A stretch of 64,000 nt of DNA from Candidatus Fraserbacteria bacterium (GCA_037440025.1 JBBIUX010000001.1:11700-75699), one strand, 5' to 3'. Positions 9,984 to 19,544 are shown, numbered from the stretch's first letter. Numbers and translations: made by a program. Notes: generated by a model from the letters alone, not told the origin.

Positions 9984-10877
9984 CTAAAAAGATGCGGCGT
10001 TCTTTCGGAGCTGCTCCCACCGAGCGTTCACGACCGTTTGCATCGCCTGAATCTCCTCTTCTGTGAGATGGCTGAACCGCCCCTGGAGCTTGAGATACTC
10101 GTTCACGGGGGCTCCAGCTTGGATTTCTCGACCAGGTTCGTTTAACGTATAGCGCTCTCCCCCCTCAACTTCATAGAGTGGGAAGACCTTCGTTTGCACC
10201 GCCAAGCGAGCGAGCTTGATCGCTAACTCGGATGGCGCCTTCCAGCCCGGCGGGCAGGGCGCCAGCACGTGCAGAAACTTCGTGCCGTATATGCTTTTTG
10301 CTTTCTGCACCTTACGGATGAAGTCGTCCGGGTACGCAATCGTCGCTGTCGCTGCGTAGGGAACACGATGAGCAACCATAATGGCCATAATATCTTTCTT
10401 CGGTTCGGTCTTTGGGGTCTTTTCGGGCGTGGTCGTCGTCCAAGCCAAGAAAGGCGTTGCGCCACTGCGCTGAACCCCTGTGTTCATATAGGCTTCGTTG
10501 TCGTAACAGATATAGATAATATTCTCGTTGCGCTCAGCTGCTCCGGAGAGCGCCTGTAACCCAATATCGAAAGTTCCCCCGTCACCGGCCCATGCGAGCA
10601 CGGTCGTCTCGGTGTCGCCTTGGACGTCGAGCGCGGCACGCACCCCAGAAGCCGCGACAGCAGCCGTCTCAAAGGCCGCGTGCAGCATCGGGACTTTGAG
10701 CGACGTGTAGGGAAACGGTCCTGCGATGATCGTCCAGCAGCACGCCGGAATGACAATGACTGTATTTTCTCCCACGGCTTTGAGCGCATAGCGCATGGCT
10801 AACGCGCCGCCGCACCCTTGGCAGCCTAGATGGCCTGAGACCATCAATTCAGTAGACGGCAGAGTGAAATTCCTCAT
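9984..10877 (-). CDS. porB: pyruvate/2-oxoacid:ferredoxin oxidoreductase beta (TPP-binding) subunit
   Basis: CQGCGGALAMRY..GDGGTFDIGLQALSGAAERNENIIYICYDNEAYMNTG. Confidence 0.9.
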   Translation of the reverse strand: MRNFTLPSTELMVSGHLGCQGCGGALAMRYALKAVGENTVIVIPACCWTIIAGPFPYTSLKVPMLHAAFETAAVAASGVRAALDVQGDTETTVLAWAGDGGTFDIGLQALSGAAERNENIIYICYDNEAYMNTGVQRSGATPFLAWTTTTPEKTPKTEPKKDIMAIMVAHRVPYAATATIAYPDDFIRKVQKAKSIYGTKFLHVLAPCPPGWKAPSELAIKLARLAVQTKVFPLYEVEGGERYTLNEPGREIQAGAPVNEYLKLQGRFSHLTEEEIQAMQTVVNARWEQLRKNAASF

Positions 10878-12046
10878 CTTTTCACCCCGATCCAGATGAG
10901 ATCTTCGGGCTCATCGTGATTTTCTGTATAGTCAATGATTTCGCGAATGACCGCGGGGGTGATGTCTCGCCCTCCCAAGCCGGCGACAAACCCGAAGATC
11001 GAAGGACGCTGGTGTACGTTGTACAGAGCCGACTTGATCTCTTGGGCGAAAATTCCTCCCATCCCAAAACTGATATTTCTGTCTATGACAGCGACCTTGG
11101 CAACACCAGAGAGCGCCTGCCGCAGAAGTTCTTTGGGAAAGGGTCGAAAGAGTCGGACCTTCAGAAGCCCTATCTTGCGCCCCTCAGCCTGCAGCTCATC
11201 AATGACTTCGCGGGCGGTGCTTGTGACAGTACCAGAAGTGACTAAGATTAAATCAGCGTCGTCGGCGCGATAGGGCTCGATCAACCCGTAGCAACGTCCG
11301 AAAAATTTTTCGAACTCTTCGTCAGCTCGCGCGAATTCTTCCAAAGCGTCTTCCATCGCTTGGTGCATTTTGTAGCGCAGTTCCATATAGACATCAGGCG
11401 GCGCGAGAGCTCCAAAAGAGCGCGGGCTGTTCACATCGAGCTTGTAGAGCGGCTGATAGAGCGGCAAATACTGGTCTACCAACGCTTGATCGGGAATCTC
11501 TACTTGCTCGGCGGTGTGTGAGAGCACAAACGCGTCCAGCACCAGCATCGCGGGCATCAAGACTCTCTCGGCGACCTTGTACGCTTGAATGACTGTATCT
11601 AGGACTTCCTGGTTGCTCTCACAGTATAGTTGCATCCAGCCCGTGTCGCGCTGGGCTAAGCTGTCGTTTTGATCGGTCCAGACGGACCAGGGCGGACCCA
11701 TCGCTCTGTTAATATCGGCCAGGACGATGGGCAGTCTCGCTCCGGCGGCCCAGTGGAGCATCTCATGCATGAGGGCTAGGCCGTGAGCGCTCGTCGCTGT
11801 GAAGGTACGTGCGCCGGTGCTTGCCGCGCCGACCAGCGCAGCCATTGCCGAGTGCTCCGATTCGACTTTGATGAACTTGGCACGAAGTGCCCCGTTGGCA
11901 CACAGTTCGCTCAAGAGTTCGACGACTTGCGTCTGCGGCGTGATAGGGTAAGCAGAAATAACTTGCACACGCGAGAGCATCGCCCCATATGAGACGGCGT
12001 GGTTTCCCGTAACGACCTTTTTTGTGCCGGTCAGAACAGTCGTCAT
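10874..12046 (-). CDS. porA: pyruvate/2-oxoacid:ferredoxin oxidoreductase alpha subunit
   Basis: TGNHAVSYGA..ISAYPITPQT..ESEHSAMAA..TATSAHGLALM. 4-nt overlaps on both sides. Confidence 0.9.
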   Translation of the reverse strand: MTTVLTGTKKVVTGNHAVSYGAMLSRVQVISAYPITPQTQVVELLSELCANGALRAKFIKVESEHSAMAALVGAASTGARTFTATSAHGLALMHEMLHWAAGARLPIVLADINRAMGPPWSVWTDQNDSLAQRDTGWMQLYCESNQEVLDTVIQAYKVAERVLMPAMLVLDAFVLSHTAEQVEIPDQALVDQYLPLYQPLYKLDVNSPRSFGALAPPDVYMELRYKMHQAMEDALEEFARADEEFEKFFGRCYGLIEPYRADDADLILVTSGTVTSTAREVIDELQAEGRKIGLLKVRLFRPFPKELLRQALSGVAKVAVIDRNISFGMGGIFAQEIKSALYNVHQRPSIFGFVAGLGGRDITPAVIREIIDYTENHDEPEDLIWIGVKR

Positions 12047-13698
12047 AGCTCCTCCTCAGCGAGCGAGATCACGCTGCGCGGACACTCTTCGGCGCAGATT
12101 CCGCATCCTTTGCAGAAATCAAAGTCTATCTCATAGCCGCCGTTCACCCGCGCGATGGCCGCATCGGGGCAGAAGAGCCAGCAGTTATCACAATAATTAC
12201 AGACGCCGCAGGAGAAGCAGCGCCCGGCTTCGGCGCGTGCCAGCTCTGCCGAGATAGGCTGTTTGCTTTCAGAGAAGTTTGTGATGCGCTCAGAGGCAGG
12301 GAGGTGCTCTGTCGGCACTCTGGGCAGGTGCGCGAAATAACTGAAATTCACGCGCAGGGCCTCTTCGAGCTTCACGGCTTTGGGCTTGCGCTCGCCACGT
12401 AAGAAGCTTTGAATAGCGCGGGCGGCTTCCTTGCCCGCTCCAATCGCTTGCACCACGGTGCTTGGGCCGGTCTGCGCGTCGCCGCCTATAAAAATCCCCG
12501 TGCGCTCTAAGAGCTCTTGAGAACGATCAATGATAATGCCTTCGCTCGTCTCTAAGCTCTGGGACAGGAACGGGAGCTCAGGCTCCTCGCCCACGGCCTT
12601 CAGCACGGCGTCAGCTCTTAAAACAAATGCAGAGCCGGGGATCGGGACCGGTCGGCGGCGCCCGCTCTGGTCGGGCTCGCCCAACTGCATCCGAATGAAC
12701 TGGACTTCTAGCTGTCCGTTGAGACGTCGGATCACCTGCGGCGCCGCCAAGAATTCGAACTGGATTCCCTCATGCTCGGCCTCTTCGATCTCTTCGGAGA
12801 TCGCGGGCATCTCTCCTCGTGTGCGGCGATAGACAACCACGGGGCGAGCGCCCAGTCGCAACGCGGTGCGCGCCGCGTCCATGGCAGTATTGCCCCCGCC
12901 GATCACTAAGACTTTTGTGCCGATCTGTACGGACCTCCCGACGTTGATTGTCTTGAGAAATTCCAATCCCGTCAGAGCCAGCTCTTCGCCGGGGATGCCC
13001 AGTGGTCGGCTGCGATGCGCGCCGGTCGCGATGAAGACGGCATCGTGTTGCTCCCAGAGTTTTTCCAAATCCATGTCGCGTCCGATACGGGTATTGACAG
13101 TGAACTCTACTCCCCAGCGTGCGATCAGCTCGATCTCTCGATCCAGAATTTCACGCGGCAGACGGTATGGGGGAATGCCGACTCGCAACATGCCGCCCGG
13201 CTCGCTCTCAGCCTCGAAGACCGTCACGGAGTAGCCGTCTTTCGCCAAAAAATACGCGCATGTCAGCCCCGCTGGCCCTGAGCCGACGACGGCCACTCGT
13301 TCGGCCCGACGTGCTCGCGAGGGAATTTCGTCTTCGAGGTCGAAGCACTCGTCAGCGACGAAGCGCTCGATGGCCGCTACAGAAAGAGCCTCGTCGAAAT
13401 CTTTTCGGTTACAGGCGCTCTCGCAGGGATGGTAGCAGACCCGCCCGCAGACTCCGGGTAAGGGGCTTGTCTGACGGAAGAGCCGCCAGGCGTCTCTATA
13501 TCGGCCTTCAGCGACCAAGCTCATGATCCGGGGAATATCGTTTCCGGCAGGGCAAGCTCCTGTGCAAGGTGCGAGTTTTTCGCTATAGATCGGACGTAGA
13601 TAGCGCCAGCTCCCCGTTCGGTTGTGGCCCATGTCGGCGAGCGAGACGGCCATCGGCGGCATCTCTTGCTCGCTCGTGAAAACGATGGGGTGCTTCAT
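12043..13698 (-). CDS. GltD-like NAD(P)H:FAD oxidoreductase fused to PorD-like 2x[4Fe-4S] ferredoxin domain
   Basis: 551 aa. CTGACPAGNDIP..GVCGRVCYHPCESAC, VAVVGSGPAGLTCA, VLVIGGGNTAMDAA. C-terminal CFSCGVCNYCDNCWLFCP..CKGCGICAEECP. Clearly paralogous by eye to the C-terminal half of 6956-9970 (identity not computed). Confidence 0.8.
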   Translation of the reverse strand: MKHPIVFTSEQEMPPMAVSLADMGHNRTGSWRYLRPIYSEKLAPCTGACPAGNDIPRIMSLVAEGRYRDAWRLFRQTSPLPGVCGRVCYHPCESACNRKDFDEALSVAAIERFVADECFDLEDEIPSRARRAERVAVVGSGPAGLTCAYFLAKDGYSVTVFEAESEPGGMLRVGIPPYRLPREILDREIELIARWGVEFTVNTRIGRDMDLEKLWEQHDAVFIATGAHRSRPLGIPGEELALTGLEFLKTINVGRSVQIGTKVLVIGGGNTAMDAARTALRLGARPVVVYRRTRGEMPAISEEIEEAEHEGIQFEFLAAPQVIRRLNGQLEVQFIRMQLGEPDQSGRRRPVPIPGSAFVLRADAVLKAVGEEPELPFLSQSLETSEGIIIDRSQELLERTGIFIGGDAQTGPSTVVQAIGAGKEAARAIQSFLRGERKPKAVKLEEALRVNFSYFAHLPRVPTEHLPASERITNFSESKQPISAELARAEAGRCFSCGVCNYCDNCWLFCPDAAIARVNGGYEIDFDFCKGCGICAEECPRSVISLAEEEL

Positions 13699-14390
13699 GG
13701 CCCTCTCCTTTCATGGAAGACCTCTTTCCCTGCTCCTCTCTGAACCTCTCCCCCGGCCCCTCCCCTAAAGTGGGAGGGGAGCCCCTTCCCTTTAGTAGGG
13801 AAGGGGGTGGGGGTAGGTAGGGTGAGGGTGTTCGGTCTGGCGATGGTAACGCGCTCGTAGGCTTCACGAGCGGCGGCTTGATTTCTCTCTTGCTGGCGAG
13901 CTGGGATTCTTTCGGCAATAGACTCTACAATGGCCTCCACGCTCACAAAGCCGGTGACCCGGGCGAAGGCCCCTAAAATAGCTGTATTGACAATGGGATT
14001 GGTTCGTGTGCCCAATTCATGCGCGACGGCAATAGCCCCCGCAGGCACGGTGGCGACCCGAAATGTGTTAAAGGTCGCAAAACTCTCCGGGGTGCGGTCG
14101 CTGTTGATGAGAATCGAGCCCCCCGGCTTGAGCCCCACGGTGACGTCCACCGCAGAGAGCAACGTCGGGTCGAGGACAACGACGTGATCGGGTTCGTAAA
14201 TCTGGCAGCGGCGGCGGATCGGAGCGGTATCAAATCTTAAAAAAGCCATAACAGGGGCACCGCGACGCTCGACGCCGAAGGCCGGAAACGCCTGGACGAA
14301 CTTCCCTTCTTTGAAGAGGGCTGTCGCTAAGATTTCTGACGCCACGACTGCCCCTTGGCCGCCCCGTCCGTGAAATCTCACTTCGATCAT
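13695..14390 (-). CDS. porG: pyruvate/2-oxoacid:ferredoxin oxidoreductase gamma subunit with repeat-encoded tail
   Basis: MIEVRFHGRGGQGAVVASEIL..FPAFGVERRGAP. The last ~45 aa (..LPTPTPFPTKGKGLPSHFRGGAGGE..) translate the 13745-13832 repeat. ATGA overlap with the next gene. Confidence 0.85.
   Translation of the reverse strand: MIEVRFHGRGGQGAVVASEILATALFKEGKFVQAFPAFGVERRGAPVMAFLRFDTAPIRRRCQIYEPDHVVVLDPTLLSAVDVTVGLKPGGSILINSDRTPESFATFNTFRVATVPAGAIAVAHELGTRTNPIVNTAILGAFARVTGFVSVEAIVESIAERIPARQQERNQAAAREAYERVTIARPNTLTLPTPTPFPTKGKGLPSHFRGGAGGEVQRGAGKEVFHERRGP
13745..13832. repeat. GC-rich tandem-hairpin repeat
   Basis: Hairpins CCCCTCCC-N7-GGGAGGGG (13757-13779) and CCCCTTCCC-TTTAGTA-GGGAAGGGG (13782-13806), ending in a GGTGAGGG motif. 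Boundaries approximate. Confidence 0.7.
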
Positions 14391-14650
14391 TGGGAATCAA
14401 CTCCCGTCGGTTTCATCTTCATCCTAACGTTGATAGGGTTGAAAACTCAATGATCTGGGCCAGCTGAAAAACTGCTCTTCGTCATATGAGACCAAAGGAG
14501 AGAGCTTGGCATCGGGAGTGATTGCCTGATGCGTGGCAGCCTAGAATATGATCGGCGACATTGCTGATTGGAAAGAAGGAGACTAGACTGATGGGGAACG
14601 TTGGGGTGTACGGGACGTCGCGTCGCAACGTTCTCAGGAAGGAGACGTCT

Positions 14651-14956
14651 ATGGCAGGCTTTCGGCTGCGCGATGGAATTGGGATTGAGCTCTTTCTCCA
14701 ACGCCTTGTGGATGTGACTTTAGCAGAGATCGAACAACAGTACGGCCCTCCGATGCCAGAGTTCAAGTCCTGCATCGAGCGTGCCCTCAAGCGCGTGCTC
14801 CATTATGAGATGGAGGCCTCGCCGTTGTGCGGGCTCTCGACGACGTGCAGCCCTGCTGAGGGAATGCGCGCGCGCCCTTGGTCACATCAGGCAGCAGCGT
14901 GGGGGTTGGTTTCGAAACCCGATCCCGAGTTGGAGGAACTGGCGAAACGCTCTTAG
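14651..14956 (+). CDS. hypothetical protein
   Basis: ATG at 14651 preceded by AGGAAGGAGA. 101 aa with no recognisable domain. Start chosen inside the 14561 ORF. Confidence 0.3.
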   Translation: MAGFRLRDGIGIELFLQRLVDVTLAEIEQQYGPPMPEFKSCIERALKRVLHYEMEASPLCGLSTTCSPAEGMRARPWSHQAAAWGLVSKPDPELEELAKRS

Positions 14957-14957
14957 A

Positions 14958-15584
14958 TCAGTGCCCAAGCTCGATGCTGAAAGTGACGGTCGCTTGGTCA
15001 ATGATCTCGCCGGCTTGGTCGCGCAAAATCGCGACAAATTGTGTTGGTCCAGGTGGAAAGCGTTTGGGAGTGGCGGCAAAGCCGACGGGCAGCCGAAGCG
15101 TCTGTGCTCGTCCCAGCCGAATGGAGCGGGGGCCAAAGAGTTTTTCGGTCGTCCCATCGCCTTTGGCAACGTAAAGCTCACCGATGACCCGCCAGTCGCT
15201 CGTCTGAACATTGATGAGGGTAGCGACGAACTCGATCCGCCCTGAGAGCGGGACGCTTAGGGCGCTGACGGGGTCAAGCCGAACGGCGCGGCCGGGGACG
15301 ATGGGCGTGCTTTGGGACAAAGAGTTACCAGCGGCAGCGGGGTGTTCCGCAACAGATGGTCTTTCAGTGGCCGGGGGTCGAGCGGAGCTTGTCCTGAACC
15401 GTTGTGGATCAATGAAGTCATTGCCCAAAGCATCTTCTCTTGAGCTGTTCTGTAAGAACGGGGTGCTCTTACTTGGTATCAAGCCCCCTTCGTGAGGCAT
15501 CGGCCGAGAGACCGACCACCCCAAGCTCAAGGTCGTCGCTAAGAGCAGTACGCTCCAGCGTTGCGCCCGTTTCTTACCGTTCAT
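14958..15584 (-). CDS. hypothetical secreted protein
   Basis: 208 aa. Signal-peptide-like MNGKKRAQRWSVLLLATTLSLGWSVS. No domain recognised. Confidence 0.5.
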   Translation of the reverse strand: MNGKKRAQRWSVLLLATTLSLGWSVSRPMPHEGGLIPSKSTPFLQNSSREDALGNDFIDPQRFRTSSARPPATERPSVAEHPAAAGNSLSQSTPIVPGRAVRLDPVSALSVPLSGRIEFVATLINVQTSDWRVIGELYVAKGDGTTEKLFGPRSIRLGRAQTLRLPVGFAATPKRFPPGPTQFVAILRDQAGEIIDQATVTFSIELGH

Positions 15585-15684
15585 AGTGAGCTTATCTTAC
15601 TCTAGAAGGGCGTCTGGCCTGAAGAGAGAGAGCCCCATAGTGTGACGAAGTCCGGCACCCTTCTTTGGGACAGGGGGCCCAAAT

Positions 15685-15750
15685 CCCTCATCCTTACACC
15701 TTCACTCCTAGCCTCTCTCCCCTCTGAGGGAGAGGGGGAGGGGGTGAGGG
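15685..15750. repeat. GC-rich nested palindrome (CCCTCA..CTCTCCCCTC-TGA-GGGAGAGGGG..GGGTGAGGG)
   Basis: Read directly. Same arm motifs as 4261, 21203 and 60323. Confidence 0.7.
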
Positions 15751-15927
15751 TCAAAAAGAGCGACCCCCCGGCTTGCTTCAGCCAGGGGGCTGCTGATCGG
15801 AGGTTTCCGCCAATGTTTAGAAGATGTCTGAAGTATAAAAGTCTTTCAGAGAAAAAGAGAGGAGCCCTGTCTGCTCGGAGCGCATGAACCCAAGACCTCT
15901 TTGGAGGACAAGGGCGTGTAATGAGGA

Positions 15928-16554
15928 TTACGAAGCGCGCATTAGGAGTTCTGTGAAAAGTTTGCGCGCGCACTCGAGAGACTCTTCAATAGTGCCTGAA
16001 GTATCGAGCACGAAGTCGGCTTTGGCAGCAAGTAGCTCCGGGGGCGTTTGGGCTTCGACGCGGCGACGGGCTTCTTCAGACGAGAGGCCACTACGGGTTA
16101 TGAGTCTCTCAATTTGGGCCTCAGGGGAGGCGCGCACGAGCACGATATAATCGAAAAAATCGCGTTTCACGTACGGTGATTCAAGCAAGAGCGCCGCTTC
16201 AATGATTAATACTTTCGCGCTCTGAGCACGGTGAAGTTCGGCTTCTCTTTGCAATGCGTTGTGTACTGCCGGATGCACGATAGTATTTAAGAATTCGCGC
16301 GCCTGTGGGTCACGAAAGACCAACGCGCCCAATTTCTTCCGGTCAATCTCGCCGTCTGCTGTGAGAATTTTCTCGCCGAAGCGCGCCACGAGCTTTTTGT
16401 ATGTCTCTGTATTTTTTTTATACGTCTCCCAAGCAATCTTGTCCGCGTCAACGACGGCAACGCCGGGCAGCTTCGCTGCTTCTTGCGCGATGAGGCTCTT
16501 GCCTGTGGCGATGCCTCCCGCCAGGCCGACGATCAACATTTCTTTAGTTTTCAA
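15928..16554 (-). CDS. coaE: dephospho-CoA kinase
   Basis: GLAGGIATGKS P-loop at the N-terminus. 208 aa with typical CoaE layout. Confidence 0.85.
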   Translation of the reverse strand: MKTKEMLIVGLAGGIATGKSLIAQEAAKLPGVAVVDADKIAWETYKKNTETYKKLVARFGEKILTADGEIDRKKLGALVFRDPQAREFLNTIVHPAVHNALQREAELHRAQSAKVLIIEAALLLESPYVKRDFFDYIVLVRASPEAQIERLITRSGLSSEEARRRVEAQTPPELLAAKADFVLDTSGTIEESLECARKLFTELLMRAS

Positions 16555-17236
16555 AGCTCAAAAACTCGCGCCAGCGCTGATAAAGCTCGGCGGTCGCGCG
16601 CACGTCATCAAAACAGTATTGGGCGATCTCGCGGTACTTGCCCTCGTTGAAAAGCGCGTTCATCTGCGGCCCGGAGAACCGGCCTTTGGGGCTTGCTATT
16701 CCGAATGCTTTACAGTAAAAATCGAGATTGAACTTTCGGATCGCGCCATAAAACGTCAGTTGATCTAACAGATCGCAATGAATATCGGCGCTAAACCGAG
16801 GAGGCATCAGATTGCGACTGGGCTTGATGCCCAACAGGGCCGAGCGCAGCAATAAAAATGGGCAATCGAAGCCGCGACCGTTAAAGCTAATAAATTGTCT
16901 GTACGAGCGCACGTCCTCCCAAAATCTTTTCAGAATTTCTGTTTCGCTACCTGACTCATACTCGACACGGCCATCCTCCGAGCGCCACGACTCTTTCGTT
17001 GGGGCCTGATAGTAGACGCGGCCCTTCTGGCTTTCGATGTTGAGCATCCCGATGGCGACGACTTGGGCAGTGAACGGATAGAGATTGAGCTGAGCGATGA
17101 GTTCTTCGCGCTTGCGTTGTTGAAGTTCAGGCGTCTCTTCGCGCTCTGCCCATTTCAAAAGATATTGTTGCTGAGCTTCGTCAAAAGATTCTAACGGCAT
17201 TCCGACGGTCTCGATATCGAAGACGAGTTGGGCCAT
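16544..17236 (-). CDS. RNase H-fold 3'-5' exonuclease (PolB-exo-like, DEDD)
   Basis: MAQLVFDIETVG (ExoI), ..ISFNGRGFDCPFL (ExoII-like), ..CFDDVRAT (ExoIII-like). Confidence 0.6.
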   Translation of the reverse strand: MAQLVFDIETVGMPLESFDEAQQQYLLKWAEREETPELQQRKREELIAQLNLYPFTAQVVAIGMLNIESQKGRVYYQAPTKESWRSEDGRVEYESGSETEILKRFWEDVRSYRQFISFNGRGFDCPFLLLRSALLGIKPSRNLMPPRFSADIHCDLLDQLTFYGAIRKFNLDFYCKAFGIASPKGRFSGPQMNALFNEGKYREIAQYCFDDVRATAELYQRWREFLSFEN

Positions 17237-17243
17237 AGAGCTA

Positions 17244-18047
17244 TTATAATTCTTGGTGGGCTTGCTCGACCAGTCGCGCCCAGTCTATGGGCACACCGTG
17301 AGACGGCTCGTTGCGAATGTGCATAAAAAACTCGATATTCCCTGCCGGGCCTTTGATCGGAGAGAACGTCGCGTTCACGACCGAGAGCTTTAATTGATCT
17401 TGTGCGAAGCGCATGAGGTCTTCTAAGACATGCTGATGGGTGACAGAGTCTTTGACCACGCCGCCGCGCTGGACGTGCTCTCTGCCCGCTTCAAATTGGG
17501 GCTTGACCAGACAGATCAGATCGCCCTTGGGCGTGACGATCTCTTTGAGCGGGGGCAAGATCAATTTCAGCGAGATGAACGAGACATCGACAGTCGCGAT
17601 ATCGACGGGTTCGCCGATCTGGTCGGGTGTGAGATACCGAGCGTTGATCTCTTCTAAGACCGTAACTCTAGGGTCGGTGCGCAGCTTCCAATCTAATTGT
17701 CCCTTGCCCACGTCTACGGCGTAAACTTTTCTGGCCCCGTGTTGCAGAAGGCAGTCGGTGAAGCCACCGGTCGAAGCGCCGACATCGAGACAGACTTTGT
17801 CCGTGATGTCTAAATGAAATGCGCGAAGCGCTTTTTCTAATTTGAGGCCGCCCTGGCCGACGTAGCGCTGCTGCTCTTTGACTGCGATGGGGGCATCAAT
17901 GGGGACTTGGGCGCCGGGTTTGTCTATGATCTGTCCGGCGACGGAGACTTGCCCGGCGAGGATAGCGCGTTGGGCTTCAGTGCGTGATCTAACAAGGCCG
18001 CGCTCTACCAGCAAGAGATCAAGACGTAATTTCTTAAATAAGAGCAC
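17244..18047 (-). CDS. tlyA: TlyA-family rRNA 2'-O-methyltransferase
   Basis: N-terminal S4-like RLDLLLVERGLVRSRTEAQRAI. FtsJ-type SAM motif CLDVGASTGGFTDCLL. Confidence 0.85.
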   Translation of the reverse strand: MLLFKKLRLDLLLVERGLVRSRTEAQRAILAGQVSVAGQIIDKPGAQVPIDAPIAVKEQQRYVGQGGLKLEKALRAFHLDITDKVCLDVGASTGGFTDCLLQHGARKVYAVDVGKGQLDWKLRTDPRVTVLEEINARYLTPDQIGEPVDIATVDVSFISLKLILPPLKEIVTPKGDLICLVKPQFEAGREHVQRGGVVKDSVTHQHVLEDLMRFAQDQLKLSVVNATFSPIKGPAGNIEFFMHIRNEPSHGVPIDWARLVEQAHQEL

Positions 18048-19248
18048 TTGTTGTCTTCGTATACGCCTGCAACCCCTCTCGCAAAATTCTCATTGCTTTT
18101 TTCAGCGCATCTGTGTTGAGCACATACGCAATTCTCACTTCGTCGCGGCCCTTGCCCGGTGTGGCGTAGAACTCTGCTGCAGGCGCAAGCATCACCGTTT
18201 CGTTTTCGAGAGCAAAATCCGTCAGCAACCAGCGAGCAAAGTGCTCGGCGTCTTCGACGGGGAGTCTGGCGATCACATAAAACGCTCCTTGGGGCTTGGG
18301 ACAGAGCACGCCCGGCATCTTCTGGAGCTCTGAGTAAACCAAATCTCGGCGCCGCGCGAACTCCGCGATCATCTCGCGCACGAACTTCTGATAGTGTGAA
18401 GATCGTAAGAGATGGACAAGGCCGGCTTGCTCCAGCGTCGGCGGGGAGAGCCGCGCCTGCGCGAACTTCAATGCTGACTCCATCACCGAAGCGTTCTTGC
18501 TCGCGATCACGCCCACTCGTGCTCCACAGGCCGAAAATCGCTTGGAAATGCTATCTACTAAAATCGCGCGATCTTCTATCCCTGACAATTGTAAGATGCT
18601 GATCGCCTGGGCGCCGTCGTAGGTGAACTCACGGTAGACTTCGTCGGAGATCAGATAGAGGTTGTGGGCGCGCGCGATCTCTGCAAGCATTTCTAGCTCA
18701 GCGCGGGTGTAGACGACGCCGGTGGGGTTGCCAGGATTGCAGAAGAGTATGGCTTTCGTCTTAGGGGTGATCTTCGCTTCTATATACTTTCTGTCTGGGA
18801 GCCGGAAGCCATCTTCAGCGCGCGTCTCAATGGGCACGATCTGAATCCCTGTGATCTGGGCGTAGGAGTTATAGTTAGTGTAGAACGGCTCAGGGACTAA
18901 GATAGCATCGCCGACGTCGGTGGCGGCGAGCAAGGCGAACGTGATCGCTTCGCTGCCCCCGGTGGTGACGATCAGCTCATCACGGCTCAGGTGGATGTCG
19001 AACGTGCGATAGTACTCGGAGAGCGCGTCGAGCGTCTCATCCAGCCCCTGCGAGGGGCTGTAGGCTAAGACGCCTTGAGCAGCTTGACGAATGCCGTCAA
19101 AATACTCTTTCGGTGTTGGGATGTCGGGTTGGCCGATATTTACGTGATAGACTTTCTTTCCGGCGTGTTTGGCTTGATCGGCTAAGGGTTTGAGTTTGCG
19201 GATGGGCGAGGCCTGGACGATCCGCGCTCGCCAACTGATGGACGGCAT
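18034..19248 (-). CDS. class I/II PLP-dependent aminotransferase
   Basis: ASPIRKL..NIGQPD..NPGNPTG..SISKRFSACGARVG (PLP lysine). Start moved to ATG 19246-19248 behind AAAGGAGGAC; the longer ORF would overlap tRNA-Ser. Confidence 0.85.
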   Translation of the reverse strand: MPSISWRARIVQASPIRKLKPLADQAKHAGKKVYHVNIGQPDIPTPKEYFDGIRQAAQGVLAYSPSQGLDETLDALSEYYRTFDIHLSRDELIVTTGGSEAITFALLAATDVGDAILVPEPFYTNYNSYAQITGIQIVPIETRAEDGFRLPDRKYIEAKITPKTKAILFCNPGNPTGVVYTRAELEMLAEIARAHNLYLISDEVYREFTYDGAQAISILQLSGIEDRAILVDSISKRFSACGARVGVIASKNASVMESALKFAQARLSPPTLEQAGLVHLLRSSHYQKFVREMIAEFARRRDLVYSELQKMPGVLCPKPQGAFYVIARLPVEDAEHFARWLLTDFALENETVMLAPAAEFYATPGKGRDEVRIAYVLNTDALKKAMRILREGLQAYTKTTSALI

Positions 19249-19454
19249 GAGTCCTCCTTTTGAAGTCGGCTCGGGCCGGCCCGCTCCAGAAACAGCGCCC
19301 GCAGGGACCGTCTTACCGTTGCTCCCTTCCGGGCCTGGCGGGGTTCGTCGGCCTGCGCCGCCGCTCCACAGCGAGCCGACCCCAGCCAGACTTCGTCTGG
19401 ACTGTTCGCCGTGCCGCCAAAGGCGGCACGATGAACGGTGCAGGCGAAGCCTGC

Positions 19455-19544
19455 TGGCGGAGAGGGTGGGATTCGAACCCACGACCGACTTTCGCCGGTA
19501 CGTGCTCTCCAGGCACGCCCCTTAGTCCACTCGGACACCTCTCC
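19455..19544 (-). tRNA. tRNA-Ser (anticodon GGA), CCA encoded
   Basis: Minus strand GGAGAGGTGTCCGAGTGG..CGTGC-CTGGAGA-GCACG..long variable arm..GTGGGTTCGAATCCCAC-CCTCTCC-G-CCA. Folded by eye. Confidence 0.9.

Noticed and set aside
13583-15973. ORFs 13583-13918 and 15602-15973 (and similarly 61594-61908)
   Set aside because: Their translations are dominated by read-through of the palindromic repeats (PSP/GEG/RGR strings) and overlap better-supported genes.
18034-19482. Full 482-aa version of the aminotransferase ORF
   Set aside because: The N-terminal 78 codons are low-complexity, overlap tRNA-Ser, and precede a strong AAAGGAGGAC-ATG start at 19248.
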